From contig CBDCJV010000001.1 of the NCBI GenBank assembly GCA_965217895.1, positions 1-64,000 of the forward strand: 64,000 bases of DNA, read 5' to 3'. The notes beneath the pieces were generated by a model, which saw only the letters and a list, made by a program, of their open reading frames with translations, made no database searches and was not told the origin of the DNA. Below are positions 10,512 through 20,909 of this stretch, in pieces (within the stretch, counting starts at the first letter, position 1; each line of letters opens with the position of its first letter). Origin of the DNA: Waterburya sp. (GTDB taxonomy: Bacteria; Cyanobacteriota; Cyanobacteriia; Cyanobacteriales; Xenococcaceae). Position numbers and translations under genes: made by a program.

Positions 10512-11023
10512 TGCATTACTTCCTATTAATAGTTTAGTGGTTATTTAAATCTTTGAGCGATCGCCTGAAGAAATATTTATTTCGCTAAACGCTACAACGA
10601 TTTTGAAAGTACGCCAGCGTAAATCGTGCTTAGGTCGCGAATCTCTGTATAAAATAAGGAAGCGAAATTACAGCAATCACTGAAAATGCTGTTTACTTCT
10701 GCTCTAAAGAAACTGTATCTATGCTAGAGCCAGAACAGATACTAAATATAAATATTGTTAGGCGAACCAACACCACTTCTATTGATTAAGTGCTTGTGCA
10801 GTCTACCATGCTTGATCGAGAGGCGAAAAGGAGTATGGTTACTGCAAAAAGAAAGTTGATAAGACACGGTAATAAAATCCGTACTAGAGTGTGTGAGAAA
10901 TTTAATCAGCAATAAAACTTGGTAATAAAATTCTATAAAATGTGAGCAAGTCTTTTTGTTTATTGTAAACATTTCAGTTTTAATGTCATGAATCTCTTAA
11001 AGACTTCTGCTGAAAGATAGTTA

Positions 11024-11104
11024 TAGGACTTACGCACTCGCCCCCTAAATCCCACAGATTTGGTGGGCTAGGGGGGCAAAACTCGTTAAACTGCGTAAGT
11101 CTTA
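11024..11104. repeat. MITE-like element AGGACTTACGCA...TGCGTAAGTCTT
   Basis: Inverted ends; its right half recurs, inverted, at 53778-53817. Confidence 0.7.
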
Positions 11105-11106
11105 AG

Positions 11107-11228
11107 TTACTGATGTTACGCAAATCAATGAGAAATCAATAGTTTGAACAAGGTACGAAAAAAAGATCCATAAACCCTTTTCCCCTTTCCCCAATCTTAA
11201 CAAATACATTAGTGCGTAACATCAGTTA
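11107..11228. repeat. MITE-like element
   Basis: Inverted ends ACTGATGTTACGCA ... TGCGTAACATCAGT; a related copy starts at ~63896. Confidence 0.7.
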
Positions 11229-11268
11229 AGTTATTGTATGTTTTGATAATCGGAAATTGGTAAAACGC

Positions 11269-11799
11269 TTATTCCGCATCAACACAGACACCGAGATAGG
11301 CATTTTTTAGACGCGAAAAATGCTCCCAGACTTCTAATTTTATGCCACAACCAGAGCAGGTAACAAGATTAGTTTCAACTTGAGGATTGATCCTGTGACA
11401 GGTAGAGCAGTAAATGTTTCTAGCCTTTTTATTAACTATTTCTAAATTAATTTCTTCTTCTAACATTCCAAAACTGCGAGCGAAACCCTTTAGGTTTTGC
11501 ACAAATTGCTCTGAACCAACCGCATAAAACCTTGTTCCCATACACGCCTGTGCCAAAATTTTCTGCAACCTAGCTTCTAAATTTTCTGTTAAATCAAATT
11601 GCTCTATATCTAAATCTTTTCTGGCTATTGCTATTTTTCCCAGATACAAAATCTGGAGATTTACAGGAATATATTCAAGTGCATTTAGTCTGTTATAAAC
11701 TAAATCTATTGAATCTTCTTCTACACAAATTAAATGCCGAGAAGCAGAGAGATCGAATTTAAGTTTAGTTGGTTGAGGGACGCTACGCATTATAGTCAT
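11269..11799 (-). CDS. Dimethylamine monooxygenase subunit DmmA-like protein (orphan)
   Basis: G.RFYAVGSE.F, YCSTCH...CSGCG.KLEVWEHFSRLKNAYLGVCVDAE C-terminal Cys-rich signature of the DmmA family. Confidence 0.7.
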   Translation of the reverse strand: MTIMRSVPQPTKLKFDLSASRHLICVEEDSIDLVYNRLNALEYIPVNLQILYLGKIAIARKDLDIEQFDLTENLEARLQKILAQACMGTRFYAVGSEQFVQNLKGFARSFGMLEEEINLEIVNKKARNIYCSTCHRINPQVETNLVTCSGCGIKLEVWEHFSRLKNAYLGVCVDAE

Positions 11800-11831
11800 T
11801 CTAATTAAACAGCCCCACTATCCCACTATAA

Positions 11832-13464
11832 CCCTCTTTTGTCACTTTCCGAAACTTGAATTACAATAGAAAAAATTTTTAGAAGCTGAGAGAGAGAGAG
11901 GGCAATGGATGTAGAATTACAGATTCTCAACAGGCGAGTGGAATAAGCTCCCTAGACGGGAGCATTTCCTCGCCTCAAACATTTAAAGCGATCGCCAACA
12001 TCTACGGTTTCCATAATAGATCGTTATTGCGACTCTTATAATGACTTGTTTTCTAATGACTTGTTTTCTGATGTCAGAAATTATGAATGTTTCAAATATT
12101 TACATCAAGGAATTATCTCATCAATCAAAAGAAAATCATTACCAGAGATAGCCAACTCGCGCGTTCCCTAGCGTCTTGAAAAGACGCGGGGTCGCTCGTC
12201 AAAGTAGTAGGAGTATCTTCATCTCAATCATTACATCATTTCGTAGCTAATTCACCTTGGTCAATAACAGAATTAAGAACTAGAAGATTAACTTTATTAA
12301 CTTTAACTAAAAATACTTTAAAAGAACGAAAAATCACGTTGGTAATTGACGAAACAGGAGATAGAAAAAAAGGAAAGAAAACCGATTATGTAGCTAGGCA
12401 GTATTTGGGAAGCGTAGGCAAAATAGACAACGGTATAGTATCGGTAAATGCTTATGGTGTTTATGAGAATATAACTTTTCCTCTATTGTTTAAAATCTTC
12501 AAACCTAAAGGAACATTAAAAGAGTCAGATACTTACAAAACAAAGATTGAGTTAGCATCTTCTATCGTGACTGAGCTAATAGAATTCGGATTTAAAATTG
12601 GATTAGTATTAGCCGATAGTTTATATGGCGAAGCTAGTTCATTTATTAGAACATTGGAGAAATATCAACTACCTTGGGTTGTGGCAATTAGAAGCAATCA
12701 TGGAGTCTGGCTGTCTCAAGAACAAAAGGTCAGAGCTAACAAATGGTGTAAATTTAAGAGAACTTTTAGCAACCAAAAAGCGGTGCGACCCCGCGCCGAC
12801 GTAAGGCGCAAGGGAACGCGCACCAAGACATCTGAAATAAGGTATATCAGAGAAATAATTGATGGTCGAAGAAATCATAGAACTTATTGGGAAATAACTA
12901 CCGACCCTGAAACTATGCCAGAGAATTCCACTTCTTTTGTAATGACTAATATTCAGTTAAGTCGGAACAAAATGAAACAAACTTTAGGTAATCTATACGG
13001 AATGAGAACATGGGTAGAATATGGATTTCGGCAATGCAAACAAGAATTAGGATGGACTGATTATCGATTTACTAGTTTTCAGGAAATTAATAAGTGGTGG
13101 GAAATAATTTTTTCAGCTTACTGGATGGTCAGTTCCCATTCCAAAGTCTTCTGTGACTTAAATCAATCTCAGACTTTATCTACTTCCAAAATTCCAAGTG
13201 AAAAATTCATTCCTAATTTTAATCTTCATCAACAATGGTCAAACGAAGGGGGATGGAAAACGACCTTAAACAATTTACGTCTAATTATTCAACCAACAAT
13301 TGTATTCTGGATGATTATGCCCTGGTTAGATGTTTTTCCCAATCGTTCTTTGCTACTTGGTTTTCATCAACTCATTGCTGTCATGAATCAATTTTATTTT
13401 TCTTTTCCTGATGGATAGATTTTGTTTTTGCTATTTTTAAATCTCGGAAAGTGACATAAGAGGG
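11832..13464 (+). mobile_element. IS701-family insertion sequence (inactivated)
   Basis: 21-bp terminal inverted repeats CCCTCTTTTGTCACTTTCCGA / TCGGAAAGTGACATAAGAGGG (1 mismatch); flanks ATAA vs CTAA are not a perfect target duplication. Confidence 0.9.
11905..13418 (+). pseudogene. IS701 transposase interrupted by three hairpin insertions
   Basis: MDVELQILKHL...KRKSLPEIAKVV...IDETGDRKKGKKTDYVARQYLG; the frame is restored by removing the 48-bp insert (11931-11978) and the 47-bp net insert at ~12156-12200. Confidence 0.88.
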
Positions 13465-13669
13465 CTAACTTTAAAAAAAGATACATAATCATTTTTATTA
13501 AGCCTAGAATACTTTATGAAAGAAAAATTTAAAAACGGCAAAATAATAGCATTATCTAAGCTTTATAGACAATGCAATTGACTGACGAAAAACTTTGTTT
13601 AGCTTACATCGCTACTAATATCTTTTACTTGTTTAATAATGCCTTGGTCTTGGCGAATTTTAACAAAAA

Positions 13670-14824
13670 CTATACAAAAGCAAAATTAGAATTATTGGAA
13701 GACGTAGAGTTAGAGGATTGCATTTTAAGTAAACACTGGGTAATAAGCTCTATATTTACTTGCTCTGTTATTTCAGCTTTACCGATACCAGTGGGCAGGA
13801 TAAATCTAACTTTGCCATTTTTGACCTTTTTATCTAAGGCTATTGTCTCCAAAATTCTTTCGATTTCCAGAGTCTTGGGTATTGAAGTTGGTAGACCAAC
13901 TTTTTCAATAAGAGCCAGTTGCCTTTGGGCTGCCGTTCTATTCCACCAACCAGAGGCAACCGCGATTTCTCCAGCAGCTATCATTCCTAATGCCACTGCT
14001 TCACCGTGAGTATATTGACGATAATTAGTTATGCTTTCAATAGCATGACCAACTGTATGTCCGTAATTTAGAAGAATTCGCAAACCAAAATCAGATTCTT
14101 TTTCATCGCGAACAACAATGTCTGCCTTAGCTTGACAAGAAAGAGTGAGAATAAGTTTTAATAATTGCGGTTGAATCGTCTTCTGTTGTAGGCTCTCAGC
14201 AGTTTCAAGTTCCTTGAATAAATCAGCATCCCAAATTACGCCGTATTTAATAACTTCGGCTAATCCAGAGCGAAATTCCCTGGATGGTAGTGTCGATAAT
14301 ACGTTGCGATCGACAATTACCAAGTTGGGCTGGTAAAAAGTGCCGATGAGGTTTTTGCCTTGAGGATGATTTACGCCAGTTTTTCCACCTATGGCAGAAT
14401 CTACCATACTCAGGAGACTAGTGGGAATCTGCACCAAACTTATGCCTCTCAACCAAGTAGATGCTGCAAATCCAGCTAAATCTCCAACTACGCCACCACC
14501 AAGAGCAATAATAGTTGAAGAACGTTCAAGGCGGTGTTCTAAAGCTGCATTGTAAATTTTCTGAATGGAAGAAAAGGTTTTAAATTGTTCTCCTGCATCT
14601 ATGAGAAGACTAGATACCTGAAATCCAGATTTTTCTAATGATTCAACAACTCGTTGACCATAATATTGAAATATTTCTGGATTAGATACAATTAAAACCT
14701 TTCGTTTTAAATCGCGAAACTGAATAAAATCAGTAACTAATAATTCTCCGATTGTATCTATACCATTTTCCGAAAAAATCACCTTATAAGGTTGATGGGG
14801 TAAATTGACGTGTACTATTTGCAT
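13670..14824 (-). CDS. aroB: 3-dehydroquinate synthase
   Basis: [55 protein letters not shown]. Confidence 0.95.
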   Translation of the reverse strand: MQIVHVNLPHQPYKVIFSENGIDTIGELLVTDFIQFRDLKRKVLIVSNPEIFQYYGQRVVESLEKSGFQVSSLLIDAGEQFKTFSSIQKIYNAALEHRLERSSTIIALGGGVVGDLAGFAASTWLRGISLVQIPTSLLSMVDSAIGGKTGVNHPQGKNLIGTFYQPNLVIVDRNVLSTLPSREFRSGLAEVIKYGVIWDADLFKELETAESLQQKTIQPQLLKLILTLSCQAKADIVVRDEKESDFGLRILLNYGHTVGHAIESITNYRQYTHGEAVALGMIAAGEIAVASGWWNRTAAQRQLALIEKVGLPTSIPKTLEIERILETIALDKKVKNGKVRFILPTGIGKAEITEQVNIELITQCLLKMQSSNSTSSNNSNFAFV

Positions 14825-14873
14825 GGGGTTAGCCTCGCTTTATCTGTTGCTAAGTTTGCACTCTAATTGATAA

Positions 14874-15350
14874 TCAATTAGAGTGTTTGAGAATTTTGGG
14901 TTGTCTGAGATGATCGACTAAAGCATGAAGTGCTAAAAGATAACTATTGTGTTTGAAACCGCTAATTTGCCCAATAGCTACAGCAGAAATGAAGGAGTCA
15001 GAGCGATATGCTTCACGCTTGTAAATGTTAGTAAGATGGACTTCAACCACGGGAAGCTTAATGGCAGAGATCGCGTCTCTTATGGCGATGCTCGTATGTG
15101 TATACGCTCCAGCATTGAGAATGATACCTTTGCAGAGGTTGCTACTTTGGTGAATAAAGTTGATTAAAGCTCCTTCGGAGTTAGATTGAAAAGAAATAAC
15201 TTCGACATCCAAAGCTTTTCCTTCCGACTCTAATAACTTGTTTATTTCATCTAAAGTCAAAGTTCCATATATATCTGGCTCTCTTTGACCTAATAAATTG
15301 AGATTGGGTCCGTGAAAAACACAGATTTTTAAAGACTGAGAGTTATTCAC
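14874..15350 (-). CDS. aroQ: Type II 3-dehydroquinate dehydratase
   Basis: HGPNLNLLGQREPDIYG, NAGAYTHTS, EVHLTN; start taken at GTG 15350 to avoid overlap (longest ORF starts at 15425). Confidence 0.93.
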   Translation of the reverse strand: MNNSQSLKICVFHGPNLNLLGQREPDIYGTLTLDEINKLLESEGKALDVEVISFQSNSEGALINFIHQSSNLCKGIILNAGAYTHTSIAIRDAISAIKLPVVEVHLTNIYKREAYRSDSFISAVAIGQISGFKHNSYLLALHALVDHLRQPKILKHSN

Positions 15351-15381
15351 TTTTATTTGTTTATCCGACTCAATTAATTTC

Positions 15382-15834
15382 TTAAGCAACTGAAGGATTA
15401 GCTGAAAAAGTTTGTATTGATTCAAAAGCTTTTTTCGCAGCCGTTAAATCATAAGCAAAGGGTGGTTTTAAAGGACGGTAATCCCGCTCGTGAGCAGGAC
15501 CATGCCGTAGTACGGCATTGACCATGACACAGGGTTGGGAACTAAAATTGATGGCACCATGTGGAATGCCAGGAGGGATTTTTACTACTGTAGGCTGCTG
15601 TTCGTTCAGACCAAGATAGTGATAATGTCGATTCTGTAAAACTACTAGTACAAAACTGCCTTGCACTACTAAAAGCTGATCGCTCTGAAAGCTATGTACA
15701 AATAGATTATCAATCGTTTTCGGTCTGATTTTTACCAGCATTGTCTCGTGACTTGTTTGAGAGGAGTAAAATTTTACTCTTCCTTTTGTATTTGCTGCCA
15801 GAGGACAAACTTCGATTTTGTTAATTAAGCTCAT
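15382..15834 (-). CDS. Cupin-fold protein (RmlC/dTDP-epimerase-like)
   Basis: FVH..Q.DQLLVVQG and VKIPPGIPHG cupin motifs. Confidence 0.7.
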   Translation of the reverse strand: MSLINKIEVCPLAANTKGRVKFYSSQTSHETMLVKIRPKTIDNLFVHSFQSDQLLVVQGSFVLVVLQNRHYHYLGLNEQQPTVVKIPPGIPHGAINFSSQPCVMVNAVLRHGPAHERDYRPLKPPFAYDLTAAKKAFESIQTFSANPSVA

Positions 15835-15870
15835 ATTACTTACTAATTTTTTGACAAGCGGGATTTGGCT

Positions 15871-18303
15871 CTAAAGGCTTGAGTTCAACTTTGCTTCCGT
15901 CTGTGCTACTTGCTGCTTGACCGCGACTGCACTATCAGGATTTAAGGAAATTGAGTCAATTCCTGCTTCCACCAAGAAAGTAGCAAAATCAGGATGATCC
16001 GAAGGAGCTTGACCACAAATTCCTACCTTGCGATCTTGCTCATGAGCCGTTTTAATCAGGCGACTAATCATTCGCTTAACTGCTAAATCCCGCTCGTCAA
16101 ATAATTCTGCCAAATTTTCAGAATCTCTATCTATACCTAACACCAGCTGAGTCAAGTCATTAGTACCAATCGAAAAACCATCAAACCTTTGGGAAAATTC
16201 GGCGGCTAATTCCACATTTGAGGGAACTTCGCACATGACATAAACTTGTAAGCCATTTTCTCCACGCCGAAGTCCATTTTCCGCTAAAACTCGTAACACT
16301 TGATCGGCTTCTAGTAGCCGACGACAGAAGGGAATCATGATAATTACATTATCCAAGCCAATTACTTCTCGTACTCGTTTAATTGCTTGGCACTCTAAAT
16401 TAAATCCTTCTCGGTAGCGAGGACTATAATAACGAGAAGCTCCACGAAATCCTAACATGGGGTTAGCTTCGATTGGCTCGAATTGTCGTCCCCCAATTAG
16501 ATCGGCATATTCATTGGTTTTAAAATCGCTCATCCTCACAATTACTGGTTCGGGATATTGAGAGGCAGCAATTTTGGCAATCCCTTGAGCTAACCTATCG
16601 ACAAAATATGCCTTCTTATCTCTATATCCTGGCGTTATTTGCTGAATTTGCTGCTTGGCTTCTTTATCCTCGAGCCGCTCGAAATGAACTAAAGCCAGGG
16701 GATGAATTTTAATTACGTTATTGATGATAAATTCCATCCGCGCCAACCCAATACCGTTAACTGGTAACTTCCACCATTTAAAAGCTGCTGCGGGACTGGC
16801 AATATTCATCATGATTTGAGTCTTGGTTTCGGGGATTCCCTCTAAGCTGACCTCTAATTGCTCGTAGTCTAAAATGCCATTATAGATATGTCCTCGATCG
16901 CCTTCGGCAGTAGAAAGAGTAATTTGTTGATTTGGCTGTAATAATTTTGTGGCTCGACCAGTCCCCACAACCGCAGGAACTCCTAATTCGCGACTGATAA
17001 TAGCAGCATGACAAGTGCGACCTCCAGAATCAGTGATAATACCTGATGCCCGTTCCATTACAGGAACCCAATCAGGATCGGTCATTTTAGTTACTAAGAT
17101 CGCCCCATCTTCAAATCGATCGATCTGCGCTGCACTTTCTATTAAACAGACTTTGCCTGTAGCGATCGCTGCCCCTACACTCAATCCCGATATTATAGGT
17201 TTATCTGACTGCTTAAGCTGGTAAGTGTTAAGAACACCTTCTCCTTGGCGAGACTGAACGGTTTCTGGTCTAGCCTGAACAATAAATAACTCCCCTGTAA
17301 CACCATCTTTTGCCCACTCAATATCCATTGGTCGAGCATAATGAGATTCAATGCGATTTGCCCAGCGAGCTAACTGCAAAATTTCCGCATCTTCAAGAAT
17401 AAAAGATTGGCGTTCGCCAGAAGAGGTTTTCACCTGACGAGTTTGTCGATTGAGCCTATTAGCATAAATCAGCTTTTTTTCCTTAGAACCAGCAGTTTTC
17501 TCAATAATAGGTTGCAGTGACGATCGATCCAACAAAGGTTTGAAGATCCGAAATTCGTCTGGGTTGACAGATCCCTGAACCACATTTTCCCCCAATCCCC
17601 ATGCACCTGTAATCAAAATAATGTTATCGAATCCAGTTTCTGGATCGATGGAAAACATCACCCCCGCACTAGCTAAGTCCGATCTAACCATCTTCTGAAT
17701 CCCGATCGATAAAGCTACTTCTAAATGGTCAAAGCCTTTAGTATTTCGGTAGCTAATAGCACGATCTGTAAACAAAGAAGCATAGCACTTACGACAAGCT
17801 TCTAAAATTTCGGCAGTTCCACGAACATTGAGATAAGATTCCTGTTGACCAGCAAAGCTGGCATCGGGTAAATCTTCTGCTGTAGCACTACTTCTGACTG
17901 CAACGTCTACTCGATCGGTATTGTGAAAACGGCACAATTCCTCGTAAGCATCAGTAATTTGAGCTTGAACGGCCTCTGGGATAGGAGATTGGTAAAAGAG
18001 CTGGCGAATACAGTTTCCTGCTTGTTCTAGGCTAATATTTTCTTGTTCTAGACCTGTGAGATAGAAACGAATTTTTTTAGTCAGGTTATCTGATTTGAGG
18101 TAATCTCGATAGGCATCTACCGTAATCGCAAAACCATGGGGAACTTGAATACCTTCTTTTTCGAGAGTCTGTATTAGTTCTCCCAAAGAAGCATTTTTTC
18201 CACCAACCAAGGGAATGTCTTGAAGATTTAGGCTAGTAAAAGAACGAGTGTAGACATTGGTATTGAGGGTTTGAAGATGAAGATTGGCTGTTGTGATGTA
18301 CAT
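15871..18303 (-). CDS. ppsA: Phosphoenolpyruvate synthase
   Basis: VGGKNASLGE, RSSATAEDLPDASFAGQQ, GGRTCHAAII, EANPMLGFRGA, SIGTNDLTQ, ICGQAPSD. Confidence 0.96.
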   Translation of the reverse strand: MYITTANLHLQTLNTNVYTRSFTSLNLQDIPLVGGKNASLGELIQTLEKEGIQVPHGFAITVDAYRDYLKSDNLTKKIRFYLTGLEQENISLEQAGNCIRQLFYQSPIPEAVQAQITDAYEELCRFHNTDRVDVAVRSSATAEDLPDASFAGQQESYLNVRGTAEILEACRKCYASLFTDRAISYRNTKGFDHLEVALSIGIQKMVRSDLASAGVMFSIDPETGFDNIILITGAWGLGENVVQGSVNPDEFRIFKPLLDRSSLQPIIEKTAGSKEKKLIYANRLNRQTRQVKTSSGERQSFILEDAEILQLARWANRIESHYARPMDIEWAKDGVTGELFIVQARPETVQSRQGEGVLNTYQLKQSDKPIISGLSVGAAIATGKVCLIESAAQIDRFEDGAILVTKMTDPDWVPVMERASGIITDSGGRTCHAAIISRELGVPAVVGTGRATKLLQPNQQITLSTAEGDRGHIYNGILDYEQLEVSLEGIPETKTQIMMNIASPAAAFKWWKLPVNGIGLARMEFIINNVIKIHPLALVHFERLEDKEAKQQIQQITPGYRDKKAYFVDRLAQGIAKIAASQYPEPVIVRMSDFKTNEYADLIGGRQFEPIEANPMLGFRGASRYYSPRYREGFNLECQAIKRVREVIGLDNVIIMIPFCRRLLEADQVLRVLAENGLRRGENGLQVYVMCEVPSNVELAAEFSQRFDGFSIGTNDLTQLVLGIDRDSENLAELFDERDLAVKRMISRLIKTAHEQDRKVGICGQAPSDHPDFATFLVEAGIDSISLNPDSAVAVKQQVAQTEAKLNSSL

Positions 18304-18415
18304 GAGTATAAAGTATTAAAAATTTAATCGTTACTAGTGTCTTGGCTAACTATTGAGCTTCTAGCAAATGTGACTAACTAAAGATGGAGAGACTTAACTT
18401 TCTAGAAATCATCAA

Positions 18416-18994
18416 TCAATCCCCAACTTTTACCGCCTCAATCGCACTAATCGGAGAATGGGTATAAATAACTTTCGTGAGCTTAAAGCCAGCTTTAGCT
18501 AGAAGTTGCCGATATTTAGCTTCACGGCGATCGCGACCACCAGTCATTAAAAATAAGGTCAAATCGAGCCACTCCCTAGAAGTCGATCGCCGATCGTCGG
18601 CTGTAGAAGAGGGAATTGCCGTTTCTAGAAGCAAAAGTTTACCTCGCCCTGCCATCGCCTGATGGCAGTTTTTGAGAATACTCAAGGTGCGATCGCTGTT
18701 CCAGTTGTAGATAATGTTTTTCATGATGTAAACATCACCATCATCTGGTATCGGTTCTGAAAGGATCTCTCCCTCGCATTTACGGCGATCTGCTATATTT
18801 TTGGCATGGAGTAGAGGTCTTACTGCTGCCCTGGGGGAAAAAGCGCAATTACGAAGAATGCTCTTAATCACTGAGTTTACTTTGAAAATCTCGCCAATAA
18901 ACAGATTGTGTTCGTTGTCAACGATTTGGTTTATGGGTGAGAAATCATAGCTGACAAGTATTGCAGATACTGAAGATGAGGTAGATGTAAACAT
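18416..18994 (-). CDS. Truncated or degenerate SAM-dependent O-methyltransferase
   Basis: C-terminal DVYIMKNIIYNW...GKLLLLE...DLTLFLMTGGRDR OMT motifs; motif I reads VDNEHN instead of VDxGGG; AGGAG RBS at 19006-19010 supports ATG 18994. Confidence 0.7.
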   Translation of the reverse strand: MFTSTSSSVSAILVSYDFSPINQIVDNEHNLFIGEIFKVNSVIKSILRNCAFSPRAAVRPLLHAKNIADRRKCEGEILSEPIPDDGDVYIMKNIIYNWNSDRTLSILKNCHQAMAGRGKLLLLETAIPSSTADDRRSTSREWLDLTLFLMTGGRDRREAKYRQLLAKAGFKLTKVIYTHSPISAIEAVKVGD

Positions 18995-19013
18995 AATTGT
19001 TGCTACTCCTAAA

Positions 19014-19601
19014 CTAACTACGAAGATAGAGATCTTCAACTCGTTGACGAATCGCTAGCATATTGGCTGGTACATCATGACTCAAAATATGTTCGACTAA
19101 CGCCATGGGGAAAATGCGCTTAGGACAAATAGTAAAGTCATAAATTAGCTCGATTGCAGCTTTCCCATCAGCTAAATTCTGCGGTTCTAATCGCCAGTAG
19201 CCAGACAAGGCTTTCATATCTCCCTCAATTTGTTGGTAATGAATTTCGTGGGGAAACTTTTCTTCTACATTAAATAGCGAACGAGCAGAAAAGCTCATGC
19301 CCATAAAATTTTTGGTTCGTACCTGTTCTATTTGGACATCTTCAGTTGAAAGTTGTAACCGTCTGCTTTCAATTAAATTGGGCAGGAACTCGGCACAAGC
19401 TTCATAGTCTGTGAGAACTTGCCAAACTTGGTCTAATGAAGAGGGAATCAGAATTTTTGCCAAGACTCGTCGCTGTCTTCCTTCTAACTGTTCGACTTTG
19501 ATCGCGACATTGGTTTGAGAGACTGAATTGGAATCAGTTGGCAAATCACCTATGGTTGTAGAAGTGTTTAATTCTTGTTTGAGGTTGTATGTATTACTCA
19601 T
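19014..19601 (-). CDS. SRPBCC/START (polyketide cyclase/COQ10-like) protein
   Basis: VWQVLTDYE..AEFLPNL, EGDMKALSGYWRL. Confidence 0.85.
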   Translation of the reverse strand: MSNTYNLKQELNTSTTIGDLPTDSNSVSQTNVAIKVEQLEGRQRRVLAKILIPSSLDQVWQVLTDYEACAEFLPNLIESRRLQLSTEDVQIEQVRTKNFMGMSFSARSLFNVEEKFPHEIHYQQIEGDMKALSGYWRLEPQNLADGKAAIELIYDFTICPKRIFPMALVEHILSHDVPANMLAIRQRVEDLYLRS

Positions 19602-19727
19602 TGGTAGTTTTATAGATAAAGATTGAATGACAAACGGATTGATAATTCTGAATTGACGGGTTAGAGGGAAGAGTTTTTCAATTTTTAAACTTAATTACCC
19701 TCTAACCGCAGGTTTAATTTACGGACT

Positions 19728-20834
19728 TTAACGTGACACAGTGCTGGCAACTGTGTGTTGGTTAGAGTTAACAGTGCTGGTAGATAAACCAAATTTGGAA
19801 GACGGGCGATCGATAGCCTGGCTAATGATCTCTATTTCCTGCATCAACATTTGATATTGGTTTGGCGTTAGAGACTGAGGACCGTCTGAGAGAGCTTTAG
19901 CAGGATTGGGATGAACTTCTATCATTAAAGAATCTGCACCAGCAGCGATCGCCGCCTTTGCCATCACGGGAACGAACTCAGCTTTACCCGTACCATGACT
20001 GGGATCGATCATAATTGGTAAGTGAGTCAGCGATCGCAAGACGGGAATAGCTGAAATATCAAGGATATTTCTGGTATATTGTCGGTCAAAAGTACGAATT
20101 CCCCGTTCACACAGAATCACGTTAGGGTTGCCTGCTGCCAGAATATACTCGGCAGACATGAGCCAATCTTTAATTGTGGCAGACATACCTCGCTTAAGTA
20201 GAACAGGCTTGTCTTGTGCTCCTACTTTTTTCAGTAGGGAGAAATTTTGCATATTACGCGCACCGATCTGGATGATGTCTGCAACCTCAGCCACTTTTTC
20301 AAGATCGTCTGAATCCATAAGTTCAGTCACAATACCCAAACCCGTAGCCTCACGAGCTGCTGCCAAAAGTTTTAAGGCACTCTCCCCATGTCCTTGAAAA
20401 GAGTAAGGTGAAGTACGGGGTTTGTAAGCTCCGCCGCGTAAGAACTTAGCACCAGCAGCTTTTGCTCGCTGTGCGGTTTCGATAATCATTGATTCGTTTT
20501 CTACCGAACAAGGTCCAGCCACAAAAACTACGGGGCAGTTCTCACCAAAAGCGACAAATTCATTGGGCGTTGAGACAAATACCTCACTGGGTTCTCCATG
20601 ACGGAATTCTCGACTAGCTCGTTTAAAGGGCTTATCTATCGACAAAACCTGTTCAATAAAAGGGCTTAGCTGTTGGATTTGTCGGGAATTAAGAGCTTCC
20701 GTATCGCCAATCAATCCAATTACGGTATTATGTTTGCCGACTATTTTTTCTGGTGTAATGCTCTGGCTTTGTAGTTCTTGATTGACTCTTTCAATTTCAG
20801 AGGCAGGAGTGCCTTGTTTCATAATTACGATCAT
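19728..20834 (-). CDS. aroF: DAHP synthase (type I-beta with N-terminal regulatory domain)
   Basis: [49 protein letters not shown]. Confidence 0.95.
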   Translation of the reverse strand: MIVIMKQGTPASEIERVNQELQSQSITPEKIVGKHNTVIGLIGDTEALNSRQIQQLSPFIEQVLSIDKPFKRASREFRHGEPSEVFVSTPNEFVAFGENCPVVFVAGPCSVENESMIIETAQRAKAAGAKFLRGGAYKPRTSPYSFQGHGESALKLLAAAREATGLGIVTELMDSDDLEKVAEVADIIQIGARNMQNFSLLKKVGAQDKPVLLKRGMSATIKDWLMSAEYILAAGNPNVILCERGIRTFDRQYTRNILDISAIPVLRSLTHLPIMIDPSHGTGKAEFVPVMAKAAIAAGADSLMIEVHPNPAKALSDGPQSLTPNQYQMLMQEIEIISQAIDRPSSKFGLSTSTVNSNQHTVASTVSR

Positions 20835-20909
20835 TAGTTTAAATCTCCGTTGTTTTAGATATTGTTTGAGAATTAGTTAATTGGCAATAGCCAATAGTTG
20901 AAGTTGCAT

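Noticed and set aside
10742..10972. 76-aa ORF upstream of the aminotransferase
   Set aside because: No recognisable motif; AT-rich promoter region, likely spurious
13572..14009. 145-aa ORF antisense to aroB, and the many other short antisense or alternative-frame ORFs in the track (e.g. 61354-61815, 31337-31528, 56679-56876)
   Set aside because: Shadow ORFs of real genes or products of repeats, with no independent evidence
13670..20834. Scytonemin or mycosporine (MAA) cluster, suggested by aroB, DAHP synthase and a methyltransferase
   Set aside because: No scyA-F, clustered trp/tyrA genes, ATP-grasp or NRPS genes; AroB has ordinary DHQ synthase motifs and sits with aroQ
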